A stretch of 64,000 nt of DNA from Entomortierella parvispora E1425 (Eukaryota; Fungi; Mortierellomycota): NCBI GenBank assembly GCA_020891255.1, contig BQFW01000001.1, forward strand, positions 1,054,001 through 1,118,000. The letters run 5' to 3'. The stretch's first letter is position 1. Each line of letters starts with the position of its first letter. This document shows positions 44,911 through 55,931 of the stretch, piece after piece. The notes below the pieces were generated by a model that was not told where the DNA came from, made no database searches, and saw nothing but the letters and a program-made list of their open reading frames with translations. A program made the position numbers and the translations under genes.

Positions 44911-46926
44911 TCACTTTCTCCTGGGCCCTATGCGAAATGCGACACCTGGCCTCATTTTTTCCAGTTCCAACACAAGTTCGTCATAAGCCTTGGTGACTAT
45001 CCAGGACGAGTACTCCACCGTGAACGATTCTAGTCGCGGCCAGATAACTGTATGCCCCTGATTTCCGCTTGTAAGTAAACCTTGATCCCCTCCGATCGAA
45101 ACTGAGCCTTCGGATCGTTTCAAGTACTCAAAATCTTGGGGAAGGATGAGACCGTCAATTCCCCCCACAATGAGCGTAAGCGACTCGAGATGCTTCAGCC
45201 CTCCTAGGACAGGTATCGAATTTGGTGCCCACACTTTGTTCTTCTTTAGCGCGCTGATATCTTGAGGGTTGGTTCGATAATATGGCCAAGAATCCAGTCG
45301 TTCAGGCATCTGTTGGCCTGCTTGGAGCTTGCTTGAGCGCAAGGTTAAGTGTACGATAGCTGGACAGCGCTGCGCCAGATAGCGATAAAACTCCTGATCT
45401 TCACCAGTAGGGTGGTAATTTGAAGTCCACACAGATATGTCTAAGGTGCGAAGGTGGCTGCATTGCCAATCCTGAGCCATCATATAGTCGGCCAAAGTCC
45501 CTTTTGCAATCAGTTTTAATTGCTTGCTCCTGACCCTATGTTCTTTTCTCCTCTCTTTCTTGGTCTTTTGAGCCATGCGTACCGGCCAACGGTGCCAATC
45601 GTCAATTGGATCCCAGTTCTCTCGTACCTCCGTGAGCTGGAAGCACACATTGCCAGCCGACAAGTGAATCAAGCTGGGTGCACATCTTAATATTTTGTCC
45701 AATGACCTTGGATCCATCTTTTCGTGGGCTAAGCTGCAGATTTCGATATGAGTAAGACTGCTGAACAGAACTCTCTCTTCCCGGTCTGGAGTCCAGGGAT
45801 CGCTGAGCAAGCCACGGTGATGAGCATTTGTCAACGACATCCTCCGAATCCAAGGCAGGTGCAGCGGTACAAGGTGCAATGGCGCAACTCCTTGAGCTCG
45901 ACTAGCCATCATGAAATGGATCCATTGTAAGCGGGGACATTTGTCTGCCGCACGACGATAGAGCGAATCAAAATCCAAAGTCAAGCTAATTCTTCCTGAA
46001 ACGTCATAGTGCTCCTCATTCAAATGTTGCGCTTTGAATTCAGTTAGGTTGGGACAGGTATCGAGGATTCGCTCCAGTGCACTCTGATCAATAATTACGT
46101 TGCTGATACTCAACTCCTCAAGATGGCGGTGCTGCAGGTGGAGGGAGCCGGAAGAAACAACTCGGTTTATATTTGTGCGCGATTTGAACGCCAGAGCCTT
46201 CAAATTGGCGCATTGGTTTAGGATATCGAAGAGAGGAAAGACCATGTTGCTTTGATATTCAAGACTTAGTCGCCTAAGAAATCCCAAATGTGGTAGCAAG
46301 GATAGAATGGGGTCATCATTGAGTTGCTTCACGGCATTATAACGAAGTTCCTTGAGCCCATAGATTGCCGGAACAATGCTCTCGTCAGTTGCAGGGAAGG
46401 ACTGTGTTACGATGGCTTCGTAGAAGGCTCGCCATGCCATCGTGTGCTGTCGCACCGCCTCTGACTTTGGTGACAGCGTTGAGGCTGGACTGAAATCCGT
46501 CAAGACATCGATAGAGAGAGTAGTCAGGCAGTTTGACCGAAGCTTGTCAATAAGCACAGTCGAATCGTTTGTCGCCTCCCAAACACCTCCAGTCCAAAGG
46601 TATCGAAGACAGGCCAGGCGCCATTGCTTGCAAACTAAGGAAATTCTAAGGCGAAGGGAAGCCTGACTGGAAAAGTAACATATCCGTTCTAAAACTTCAG
46701 GAGGCAGGTGGAATTGCCGGGAAGAAGCCCAATACCCTTGAGCTCTCCACTTCCGTTGTTTTCGTCGACCTAGACTTGAAAGGCTTGTAGCTGCACTGAT
46801 CATGTCTTTTCCTTTCCTTCTTTGGTGCGTGTGAACGCCATGGTCGCTGTTCGAGTTGAAGTCCCAATCGTTCAAATAATCCAGTAGATCGTCCTCGCAA
46901 AACTCTCTTATCCTTGACTTGGGCAT
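44911..46926 (-). CDS. F-box-like / degenerate LRR protein, intronless; paralog of 32136-33935
   Basis: MPKSRIREFCEDDLLDYLNDWD; F-box-like LPPEVLERICYF..SLVCKQWR; TCPNLTEF, KCPRLQWI, WQCSHLRTLDI, WPRLESF, MRPGVAF. Confidence 0.82.
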   Translation of the reverse strand: MPKSRIREFCEDDLLDYLNDWDFNSNSDHGVHTHQRRKGKDMISAATSLSSLGRRKQRKWRAQGYWASSRQFHLPPEVLERICYFSSQASLRLRISLVCKQWRLACLRYLWTGGVWEATNDSTVLIDKLRSNCLTTLSIDVLTDFSPASTLSPKSEAVRQHTMAWRAFYEAIVTQSFPATDESIVPAIYGLKELRYNAVKQLNDDPILSLLPHLGFLRRLSLEYQSNMVFPLFDILNQCANLKALAFKSRTNINRVVSSGSLHLQHRHLEELSISNVIIDQSALERILDTCPNLTEFKAQHLNEEHYDVSGRISLTLDFDSLYRRAADKCPRLQWIHFMMASRAQGVAPLHLVPLHLPWIRRMSLTNAHHRGLLSDPWTPDREERVLFSSLTHIEICSLAHEKMDPRSLDKILRCAPSLIHLSAGNVCFQLTEVRENWDPIDDWHRWPVRMAQKTKKERRKEHRVRSKQLKLIAKGTLADYMMAQDWQCSHLRTLDISVWTSNYHPTGEDQEFYRYLAQRCPAIVHLTLRSSKLQAGQQMPERLDSWPYYRTNPQDISALKKNKVWAPNSIPVLGGLKHLESLTLIVGGIDGLILPQDFEYLKRSEGSVSIGGDQGLLTSGNQGHTVIWPRLESFTVEYSSWIVTKAYDELVLELEKMRPGVAFRIGPRRK

Positions 46927-47723
46927 GTTGACGTAGTGAAGGCTGGAGCATAGGACAAAACTGATGGGGGATGATGAACAAGATGAGAAGTGAATGTGGC
47001 GATGACGGTGTCGATCTCATTGCTCCAAACAGCGCCGCAGTTATTTTTGCCACGACATCAAATTCGCTGACGCGAAACTGCTGCGTGTGAAAGTGAAGGA
47101 GCTGCATGTGTCTACGGGTTTTATGACCTGACTGTGTCATGAAAGTGTGGGGGATCATGCTCAGTGTCTTCTGCGAGCAGCACAACGGCCTCCGTTTGTT
47201 TGTTGTCATGTCCACCATGTCTAGCTGGGGCCTTTGCTCGTTATTTTCAATGACCAAGAGTTGAGCCGGAGTTTTCTTCTTTCTCTGTTACTGGCAAACA
47301 CAGAGCAACATCACTCTTGGCTGTCCAGTTCGCGTTTCAACAAGATGGCTGTTCTGTTCCGTTGCACGCCTCTTCGCCAAAGATGGATTTATTTTTCGGT
47401 TGAGGGTTTGTCTTATGGTTGAGGGTTCGTTGCTTCTTTAGGGGGAGAGTGAGAGTTTCCGGGATAGGAGCTTGAGAGTCTGGGCACGACGGAGGGACAC
47501 ACAGACAACAGAAAGCAGGTGAGCGTCTGGTGGCCATTCCTCGTCTCGAGGAGACGGAGAATCGCTCTTGATTCCCGACGGTGCCGTTGCACAGAAAATA
47601 AGCATTTTTTGGACCGAGAGCTATTTTTCCTTTTCTTCTTCCTCTAGCTCCTTCCTTCCATCAGGTGGCCACTCGAATCCATCTCATTCATCACCCTCAT
47701 TCAACATTCACGACACTTCCCAA

Positions 47724-49649
47724 ATGCCAGAACTGACAAAGGAGACTTCTGCCAGAGAAGGTCGCATCCAACGCCTACGGAAACGGCTTTTTATCGATGA
47801 TCCCAAAGACGACGTCGAGCTGCAGCCCTACATCCCAGAGCGCCTTACTAAGAAGTCGGAGCTCTGGGCGTTTTTCCTCTTTGGCTTCGGCTACTTTGCC
47901 TGGTCCAATACCACGAGTTCTATCTTCCAGCCGCTCCTCATCCAACAGGTTGCAAGGACAGCCTCCCATCTCAATTCCAATAGCTCGATCCCTTGCCCCG
48001 CGGATGATAAGGACATTCCTCTGGGTGACAAGTGTGTGGTGCATTTTGGATTCATAAAGGGGATCGAGCCAACCTCGTACGCACTCTTGATTAACGTCGT
48101 CGCGGTTTGGTGCACTATTTTCGTTTCTTTGGGAACGTCGGCCTTTGCAGACCACGGTCGTTCATCTCGCAAGCTAATGATGACTTTTTGCACGCTCCTG
48201 GCTATCGCAACTGCGTTCATGTTCATTGGGCCATTAAAACCAGAAGTGTGGTGGGTGTCAGGTTTGTTGATGGTCGTGGGTAAGTGCTCCATTGCTAGCA
48301 TGTTGTTTGACGCGCTGAAACACAAGGGAAGAATTGACGCGTTCGCTCTTTCCTAGGTCTCATTTTCAACGGGGCAACCCTCAATTTCTACGACGCGCAC
48401 ATTCCACTGCTAGCGCGACATCATCCAGATGTGGTCAGAGCTTTGGTGGATTATGGCGAGGACTCGGAGGAGTATATTTTGGCCAAGGTGCGGACGGCTA
48501 CATTCCTCTCTGGGGGTGCATCTGCCTCGGGCTTTGCTGGCGGAATCTTGCTGACTGTTTTGGCCACCATTGTGCTGCTCATGACTGATGCAACGGCCTT
48601 GATTCTTGGATATTGCTTGGTGATGAGTTCATTCTTTGTCCTGATTTTCATGGGTCTTTACTGGCACCTATCCTACCAGCGGACCTCCCCACCGCTGCCT
48701 GCAGGCGCCAATATGTTTACGTTCGGGTATAAGAGGATTGGTAGAACTGTAAGCCAGGTCCGCCGACTGAAGACTATGTTCTACTACCTTTGTGCTTGGT
48801 TCATCCTCGGGGATGGTCTGACATCGGCCTCTAACATGGCGATCCTTATCGCTCAGGACCAACTGCAAGCGTCAAACACTTCCCTGATCATCGCAGCATT
48901 GATTCAATACATTTGTGCTGCGGTGTCGATGTGGTTCTGGATTTGGCTACAAAACACTCGTGGTGTCCGACCCATGCGAGTCATCATCATCAACTCCAGC
49001 CTCTTTGGATTAATCCCGGTTTACTGTCTTCTGGGTCTGATTCCTGGAAACCCTGTCGGATTGAAGCAGATCTGGGAGCTGTACATGCTTGCCTCATTCT
49101 TTGGATTGTTCATTGGAGCCATCTATTCATCAAACAGGGTCGTTTTCTCGCAGTTCATCCCATTTGGGCATGAAAATGAATTGTACGCACTCTTTGAGAT
49201 GGCGAACGTGTCATCCTCCTGGATTGGGTAAGCTGTATTATCATCGTTGTGTCGCCAGAAATCAAAGTTCATATACTGCATTTGCATTGATACTAATCTG
49301 CGTTTCCAATAGGCCGCTTATCTGTACCGCGATTATCCAACACTCGGGCATCCGTCAAACCTGGTGGTTCCTAGTTACCCAGTTCTATGTCCCTGCCTTT
49401 ATGATGTGCTTTGTCAATGGTATCGTTCCTTCCTCGGTTTACGATCAGCAATATGGAGAAAATGATCTAACCACATTATATTAACATGAAAATTTAGTCG
49501 AGAAAGGCCGTCAAGAGGCCATCGACTTCCACAAAAATGAAATGGAGGGGAAGGACCTCTCCAAAAGCCGCGCTAGTCCTGCAGAAGTAGCCGCACTCCA
49601 AGACCGTGTCTTTGCAGATGAGGAGAAGCAGCTTGCTGAGCATGTTTGA
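47724..49649 (+). CDS. ATG22: Atg22/UMF1-like MFS vacuolar effluxer, 4 exons
   Basis: Exons 47724-48279, 48357-49227, ~49313-49408, 49498-49649. Motifs ELWAFFLF, PTSYAL, SAFADHG..RK, spliced GLIFNGATLNFYDAHIPLLARHHPDV, YLCAWFILGDG, S..R..FSQFIPFGHENELYALFEMA..SSSWIGP. Confidence 0.85.
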
Positions 49650-49843
49650 GATGTTGATCAACAGCATCACCTTGGCGCTTGTACCATAGTCTTTTCTTTT
49701 GGCAAGTTTCCGGCCTTTCACAACTGACACGGGAAAAATATATCAATTACCAAGAGGCATCAAAATTGTTCTATTCATGCTCCGTCTAAAACGATTACGA
49801 GTCTGGCACACAATAGTGAAAAATATGAGCTCTTGCACCTGCC

Positions 49844-51685
49844 TCAGTGTCCAACGACCTCCTTGTGGTTCCTCAGGATTATGAGAAGGTCATCGTGAAT
49901 AGCTTGTACTGGATTTAGTCGGCCGTCAAGGTATCTCAAAAGCGGCCAGTTATCCAACATCCAGTCAACATCTTTTCTAGACATATGTTGCTCAGAGCTT
50001 GCAAAATCCACCTTTTGTAATTGCTTGAGTCGACTGAGAGCCGAGAGTCCATTGTCAAGATTAAATTGCAGATCACGCTGTTTCGCTGGTGGACAGCTTG
50101 TCTCCTGTTCCCGATGCAGCCCAGATATGGTCAGAGTTTCTAGCCGGGTGAGTCGGGCAAGTTGACCAAACGCAACTCGACAGCGGTCTTTGAGAGTGTA
50201 GTCCGATGGCGTCTTTCCAGTAAAAGAGGACCCTCGCCTTGTCAGGCGCATCATCTTTGATCGAGCAATGATGGCATCCTTGAGGCTGCTGGGTGCGCTC
50301 TCAACAGGTTTGTCGTTTCTCGTAATCTCCGGTAAGTCCAGGTCAAAATCGATTGTTAATGTTCTTAAACCCAAGCAAGCCCAGAGACGCAGTTCATCTT
50401 CTGACTGACTGTGCCCCATAAGATCCTCGAAGGAGATGGTGGCAAGAGTTGTAAATTGCTCTAACTTTGAGCAGTTTTCTAAAATCCTGCAAGCCATCGC
50501 GCCTGTGAGATTTCCACTTTTACCAAGTTTCAGTTCCCTCAATCCCTCATATACAAGACTATCGCGCAGCATTAAAGCTTGGAAACACTGTACTCCAAAT
50601 CCAGACTCCTCCAAATATATCCTTTCAATTCGGGACATCGTACCAATCAGTAGAGCTAGATCCTGATCCTCAAGTCCACGACTCTGAAGCTCCAGAGAGT
50701 TCAGTTGCGGCCATACTCCTTGAGAAGCAATCACACAAAGTAGCCGAGGGTGATTCACTGGTACACGTGTATTCCACCAAGAGAGATCCTCCAAATTCGG
50801 GAACAGACCGGTGAAGAGCGTCATTGAATCAACCGAAAATGAGTGCATGCCGTACACACGTAGTCTCCTTGTTTTGCTCCAAAGCGAGACCACAGATGGG
50901 TTGAGAGTCGGCTGGTTTGGAGTATGCCCACTTTCCTTTAAATGTCGCTGCAGCATCCGGGGAAGCCATTGAGAGGGAGGATAGTTTTGAGGAGAGAGAT
51001 CTGTGGGCAAATGAACAGTTCGCATGATGACCTCTTGCGCTCTAGAGCACGCCTGGACAAATGCGCCAAACGAATCTCGAGGAATATTGATTTCGCTTAG
51101 GTGCAGGGTTTCCAGATTGGAACAAGTGTCGGCGATTGCCTCCCAAAGTTCAGTGGCGGGGTCTGGGTCAAACTCTGAGAGGTGAATCGTTCGCAGTGTC
51201 GATCCATGGGATCCTAAAAAGATGGACAGGAGTTGTCGACGTTCGCTATCCAAATGAAATGCCTCCCATTCTTTGACACGGCTTGATTGAAGCTGTTCGG
51301 GGCTCAAGCGCTCAAAAAGCGTTTGCTCCAAGAGCGACAGAGTGCTAGGGTCCAGCACTGATCTGGGCTCCAATAAAAAGTAAGCCTGTCGGTAGGTGAT
51401 CGACTCAAGCCTCGTACAACCCCGCAGTGACGCGAGGACTTCGTAGGGGTAGGACGAAAACTCGAGTTGCTGGATGTGGTGCCGGAACTGAAGGAGCGAG
51501 AGCAGTGGCGGCGCTGGGTCTTTGTCGGGCTGAGTTCCATATCTGATGGCTCGGTAGAGGAATGGCGTGAAAGACGAGTGCCATTCGCTGCAGACAAGAA
51601 CACAACGGAGGAGGTCTCGTTTGTATAGATGGAGGGCGACACGAGCGCGAATCTCTTCTAGGTCGAGAGCACAGAGGCGGGCCAT
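49844..51685 (-). CDS. F-box-like / RNI-like LRR protein, intronless
   Basis: Probable ATG 51685: MARLCALDLEEIRARVALHLYKRDLLRCVLVCSEWHSSFTPFLY. Also WPQLNSLEL, NCSKLEQF, WACLGLRTL, LQFNLDNGLSALSRLKQL, WMLDNWPLL. Confidence 0.82.
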   Translation of the reverse strand: MARLCALDLEEIRARVALHLYKRDLLRCVLVCSEWHSSFTPFLYRAIRYGTQPDKDPAPPLLSLLQFRHHIQQLEFSSYPYEVLASLRGCTRLESITYRQAYFLLEPRSVLDPSTLSLLEQTLFERLSPEQLQSSRVKEWEAFHLDSERRQLLSIFLGSHGSTLRTIHLSEFDPDPATELWEAIADTCSNLETLHLSEINIPRDSFGAFVQACSRAQEVIMRTVHLPTDLSPQNYPPSQWLPRMLQRHLKESGHTPNQPTLNPSVVSLWSKTRRLRVYGMHSFSVDSMTLFTGLFPNLEDLSWWNTRVPVNHPRLLCVIASQGVWPQLNSLELQSRGLEDQDLALLIGTMSRIERIYLEESGFGVQCFQALMLRDSLVYEGLRELKLGKSGNLTGAMACRILENCSKLEQFTTLATISFEDLMGHSQSEDELRLWACLGLRTLTIDFDLDLPEITRNDKPVESAPSSLKDAIIARSKMMRLTRRGSSFTGKTPSDYTLKDRCRVAFGQLARLTRLETLTISGLHREQETSCPPAKQRDLQFNLDNGLSALSRLKQLQKVDFASSEQHMSRKDVDWMLDNWPLLRYLDGRLNPVQAIHDDLLIILRNHKEVVGH

Positions 51686-52056
51686 GTTGTGGTGGAGATG
51701 TGGATTGTGTGAGAAGGCGAGCTTGGGCACAGATGCACAATGGAGACGAGGGTGTTTGTTGAGAAGATGCTGTTCCTGAAATAGAACTCGTTTCCCCCAT
51801 CTACGCTTCCATTTTGTCAATGTTGGGCACGCCCGCCCTGGGCTGCACTGCCACGCCCTAGTGCTCTAGCACGGGCTTTCCTGTTCATTCACTTTCACAG
51901 TATTGTTCGCGTGGCTTGTCCATTAGGTTGATGCATCGTCGTTCCTGCTCTGATATCAGCACTTGCAGTGGGAAAAGGAAAGGAGAACGAACGAGGAAAG
52001 AAGGAGGTACTCTAGGGTAGCCAGGAAGCCAAGAGACATTGGGCGACGCCAGTGCA

Positions 52057-52068
52057 GATCACGTGATC
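52057..52068. promoter_or_regulatory. 12-bp palindrome GATCACGTGATC (E-box) upstream of RPA49
   Basis: About 125 bp upstream of ATG 52193. Confidence 0.5.
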
Positions 52069-52192
52069 CTTGTTTATTTAAGATAGAAAGGCAGTCATCG
52101 AAAATAAAAAAAAAGAAAAGCTCCTCTTCGCATCGAGTGCATCCATTAGCATTCATTGCAGACCGACCATCAACTTCATCCTCTCCATTGAC

Positions 52193-53828
52193 ATGTCATC
52201 CTCAAAGAGAAAGAGCAAAGAGGACGGACCCAAGGTCGGCCTCGAGTATGCCCGCAGCGACGTCGATGCCGGAATTGAAGGACCCTTCTTGGGTAAAGAC
52301 ACCTTTCGTTTTGATTACTTGCTGTTCAATTGCAACCAAGGCACCAGATGTTTTTTTTCTTGCTGGTCCCAGTGCAACACAGGAGCCATCTTTAACGTAG
52401 GCAATTGATTGTGACAATTCTCATTTAGCTGTTTTCCCTGGAATCACACCACCAAAGAACACCCCATTCAACGTGTACAAGCCAGACGCCGAAGACGGAA
52501 AGACCAAGAAGAAGAGGCGTATTATTGAGGCTGATACCGGAAAGGTCGAGTTTGTGGGACAGAACTTTGGCGAAGGAGCAAACCAAGGATTCTGCAGGTG
52601 CGTCTATTTGTCTTTGGACAAAAAATTTTCATTCAAAGGATTGCAAGCTGACAGCGTTCTCGCGATCTATTTCCTGTTCAGATATGTTATTGCGATCCGT
52701 GACAAGGAGACAGACAAGGTTACTTTCAAGGATGCTCCTGTCATTGCTGTGAACCGTACAATCAAATCACTCAAGAACGCCAAGACTCACAGCAGTTCAG
52801 TCGACCAGGTACGACTACGCTTCACAGAAAATTGGCGTATATTCCGAGAAAGAGAGAGAGATATTGACCCCCAGCTATTCTTAACATTAGTTCTTCGCAG
52901 CAAAGAACTCTTTGGGAGAAGCTTTTGGTACAAAGAAGATCAAACAGCAGATCAAATCTGTGGAGCGTAACGCAGTTAACGTCAGCACATTGGACAGTGT
53001 CGCTGGAATTCTTCACGACTCTATTGCTGCCAAAACTACCGCCCTTCCCTCCAAAGCTGAGATCAAGGCAAAGGCCGACGAGGACAGACCCATTCCTCCA
53101 TATGACCTCAACGCAACCAAGGTCGAGGACATTTACAAATTGGACACTCTCATCACACCCGCAGAATACCAGGTCATTCCTTTCAAGACTTTGTTGGACA
53201 AGGGTACAAAGCCTCTGGAGGTCCTCCCTTTCTCTGGATCAACCTACATCAACGATGCTCTTGTTGCTGCTTTGTCTATCAGCAAGAAGGATCGCCACAG
53301 GATTCGTCTTTTGATGTACATCAACTTCTTGATGGCCTTTAGCACTATTCCCGATAAGCGTCTGGATGATACCGAGACTGTGAACAGGATCATGGGCGAA
53401 GTCCCAAGTCTGATCCTCGAGAACTTTTACGAGAGGTTCACCGAGCGCCCCGAGGGATCGGAGAAGAAGAAGTATGCGACGTTTTAGCTGAACTTATTGT
53501 CCATTTGCAGCGAAAAATTTTAATCAGTGCTAACCGATAATCTTTTTCTAGGCACACCTTCACACCCAAGTCCAAGGACAAGTTGCTTTGCTGGATTTTT
53601 GCAATTGCTTTGACGCTGGAGAACTTCAACATGGATTCTAGCGCGATGACTAAGGATCTTTCCTTGAAGCAGACAAAGGTTAACGAGCTGTTCAAAGCTA
53701 TGGGCTGCAAGATCAATGAGCTCACAGCAACACAGAAGGCTCAGCTGGACATTAGCGATGACAAGGCCAAGACAATGAAGAGGGCTATCCTGACCGTACC
53801 TTTGACCTTCCCCTTGCCCAAGCGGTAA
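52193..53828 (+). CDS. RPA49: RNA polymerase I subunit A49 (POLR1E/PAF53), multi-exon
   Basis: IIEADTGKVEFVG, RYVIAIRDK, LGEAFGTKKIKQQIKSVERN.V, RPIPPYDL.A....DIY, DKLLCWIFAIAL.L..F, DL.L....V.ELFKAMGCKI, A.L.VPL.FP. Introns are GT-AG bounded. Confidence 0.88.
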
Positions 53829-54026
53829 ATTATGCAATCTCATCCAAAGTGTACTTCTGTTTGTGTTTGATCTGTGTAACTATGCTGATACCTTATTTTC
53901 TTGTTTTTTCATGTTCTGCAGTGGACCCAAGGCCAAGTAATCAAGCAACATACTATCCCCCTTCAAACAAGCATACAATAAAACGCAGCATTTCTCCATG
54001 TTTTTTTCCCTTTTTTACTGACTTAG

Positions 54027-54034
54027 ATCACGTG
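54027..54034. promoter_or_regulatory. ATCACGTG E-box upstream of the R/S-rich gene
   Basis: About 35-70 bp upstream of the ATGs at 54068/54104. Confidence 0.4.
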
Positions 54035-54067
54035 CCGGTTCCTACTTGCACATGCGATTTCAAGATC

Positions 54068-55678
54068 ATGACCAACGCGCGTGCCAAATTGCATTCTACA
54101 ATCATGTCCACCCAAAAGGATACAACATCGTCCAAAAAAGCTCCCAACACTCTGTCCTCCATCGTATCTAACCTTGTACGCTCCGCAATCGGTGGAGGAA
54201 ACAAGCACGATCATGTGCCGGACGAGGATCTGGACAAGTATGTCGCCGACATGATTATGATGTCTGCGGCGGAATCCCGCGCAAAGTACGAAAAGTATGG
54301 TCTGACTGGGAGTAAGACAACGGGATCAGATATTGGCCCATCATCATCCAACGACAAAATCAAGCTGGCTTCTGGAGTCGTCATAGATCGAGCAGATAGC
54401 AACGGACTCAAAACCAACAAGCGATTCCTATCCTCCATCATCAAGAACACCGATAGTCACAACCAGGCGCTGATTCGATCCGAGGAGAAAAGGGCCGCCG
54501 AAGCCGCAAAGGAGCTCATCGCCGATCTGGATCGAAGAGCTGCAGAACGCGAGCGAGAATCTGGAAGAAGAAGACCAAACACAGAAAGGATGTATCGCCC
54601 GGAGGATTGGAGGCATCCGGATAGACTCTTGTCATCGTCCAAGTCGTCCAAGTTGTCATTGTCGTCGAGATCCAAAGCCCGAAACTCTGACCCACCTCGA
54701 TCTGGTAGAATGCGGATGGATGAAATCAGTGTAGAGGGTGAAACCGAGTCTGGAAGCGGGAAGGTAAACCAGAGCGTTTTCAGCAAAAGTGGTGGAGATC
54801 TAAAGGCGGATAGCGATACATGGAAAAAAACGCCTCAGTCCCCAGACTCAGGATCCGAATCCGGATCCGAATCCAGCATATCCCCATCTTCAGACTCAAA
54901 GACGAGGTCGAGGTCAAGTAGATCTAGGCTCTGGTCGATATCACCAGAGGACCACGACCGGAAGAGCAAGGGGAAGGGTTCCGACCACAGTCGTGATCAT
55001 GACAGACCCGAGGGCATTTCGTCGTCAAGAACAAAATCGGAGTCGTCGTCAAGAACAAAATCGAAATCGTCGTCATCCTCGGGTTCAAAGCTGGGATCTC
55101 GGATGGATAAGTATTTTCAAGAGGGGTATGATCCACTTTTGGACGTTCACGATGAGGATGAGGGCAGCAGAGCGTACACCACTCATTCGTCTAAAAATTC
55201 CAAAAAGAGTAAGAAGCGAAAGAGCACTCGGAAGGAAGAGAAGTCGAAGAGGAGCAGCGATGGCAGTAGTCGACACAAATCCAAACGCCACCGTCATCGG
55301 TCAGAAAGCCAGGGATCGGGGGACGATGAGGATGATGAAAAGTCGGAAAAAAGAAGGCGCAAAAGTCGTCGGAGGGACGACACTGACTCGGAGGATGAAC
55401 AAGAGTATGATAGAAGTCACAAGACCTCGAGTTCACGGTCATCAAGGAGTCATCGGAAGAGTCATAGGGGGGACTCTGATTCGGACACGAACAATAAGGA
55501 AGCCGAAAACCGGAAAGGGTCATCTTTGCGGTCTTTGAAAGGTAGCTACACAGAGGATGAGGATCGAAGGACATCATCAAAAAAGAAGCACAGTTCACGT
55601 CGGTTGGACTCTGGATCTGAAAGTGATGTTGGACGCAGGGAATCCTCGTCAAGTCGCGCAAAGAGGCGCCGTCATTGA
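54068..55678 (+). CDS. R/S/K-rich nuclear protein with a conserved N-terminal DEDLD..A..KY..G / TNKRFL..IIKNTDSHN block, intronless
   Basis: ATG at 54068 or 54104. Structured-looking N-terminus followed by about 350 aa of S/R/K/D low complexity containing MDKYF..GYDP.LDV. Confidence 0.8.
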   Translation: MTNARAKLHSTIMSTQKDTTSSKKAPNTLSSIVSNLVRSAIGGGNKHDHVPDEDLDKYVADMIMMSAAESRAKYEKYGLTGSKTTGSDIGPSSSNDKIKLASGVVIDRADSNGLKTNKRFLSSIIKNTDSHNQALIRSEEKRAAEAAKELIADLDRRAAERERESGRRRPNTERMYRPEDWRHPDRLLSSSKSSKLSLSSRSKARNSDPPRSGRMRMDEISVEGETESGSGKVNQSVFSKSGGDLKADSDTWKKTPQSPDSGSESGSESSISPSSDSKTRSRSSRSRLWSISPEDHDRKSKGKGSDHSRDHDRPEGISSSRTKSESSSRTKSKSSSSSGSKLGSRMDKYFQEGYDPLLDVHDEDEGSRAYTTHSSKNSKKSKKRKSTRKEEKSKRSSDGSSRHKSKRHRHRSESQGSGDDEDDEKSEKRRRKSRRRDDTDSEDEQEYDRSHKTSSSRSSRSHRKSHRGDSDSDTNNKEAENRKGSSLRSLKGSYTEDEDRRTSSKKKHSSRRLDSGSESDVGRRESSSSRAKRRRH

Positions 55679-55931
55679 AGACTGAGTCGGATGACGCCAA
55701 AGATGCCAGAGCAGTTCTTTCCTTCAGGGTGAGCAGAATAAAAGTCGCCACCAAACTTTAAGAAATCATTTTTATTTTTTCTTTTCTTTCAACGTGTCGC
55801 ACGCGCGTGCAGCCAGGACAGCCATCAGGCTGGGGACCATCCCATGAGGAAGTCTGAGGGGATAAAACAGAGTCAGGATGCAGTAGCTGCATCCCTCTCT
55901 TCATCTGACATCCTCCCTTCCCATTGCCATC

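Noticed and set aside
34541-46926. Secondary-metabolite biosynthetic gene cluster
   Set aside because: No NRPS, PKS, terpene synthase or other core enzyme, and housekeeping TMA46 sits in the middle. Kept only as a weak detoxification-neighbourhood idea.
53849-54067. 73-codon upstream in-frame extension of the R/S-rich gene
   Set aside because: It begins at GTG, covers the RPA49 3'/promoter T-rich region, and includes the E-box; it reads as non-coding.
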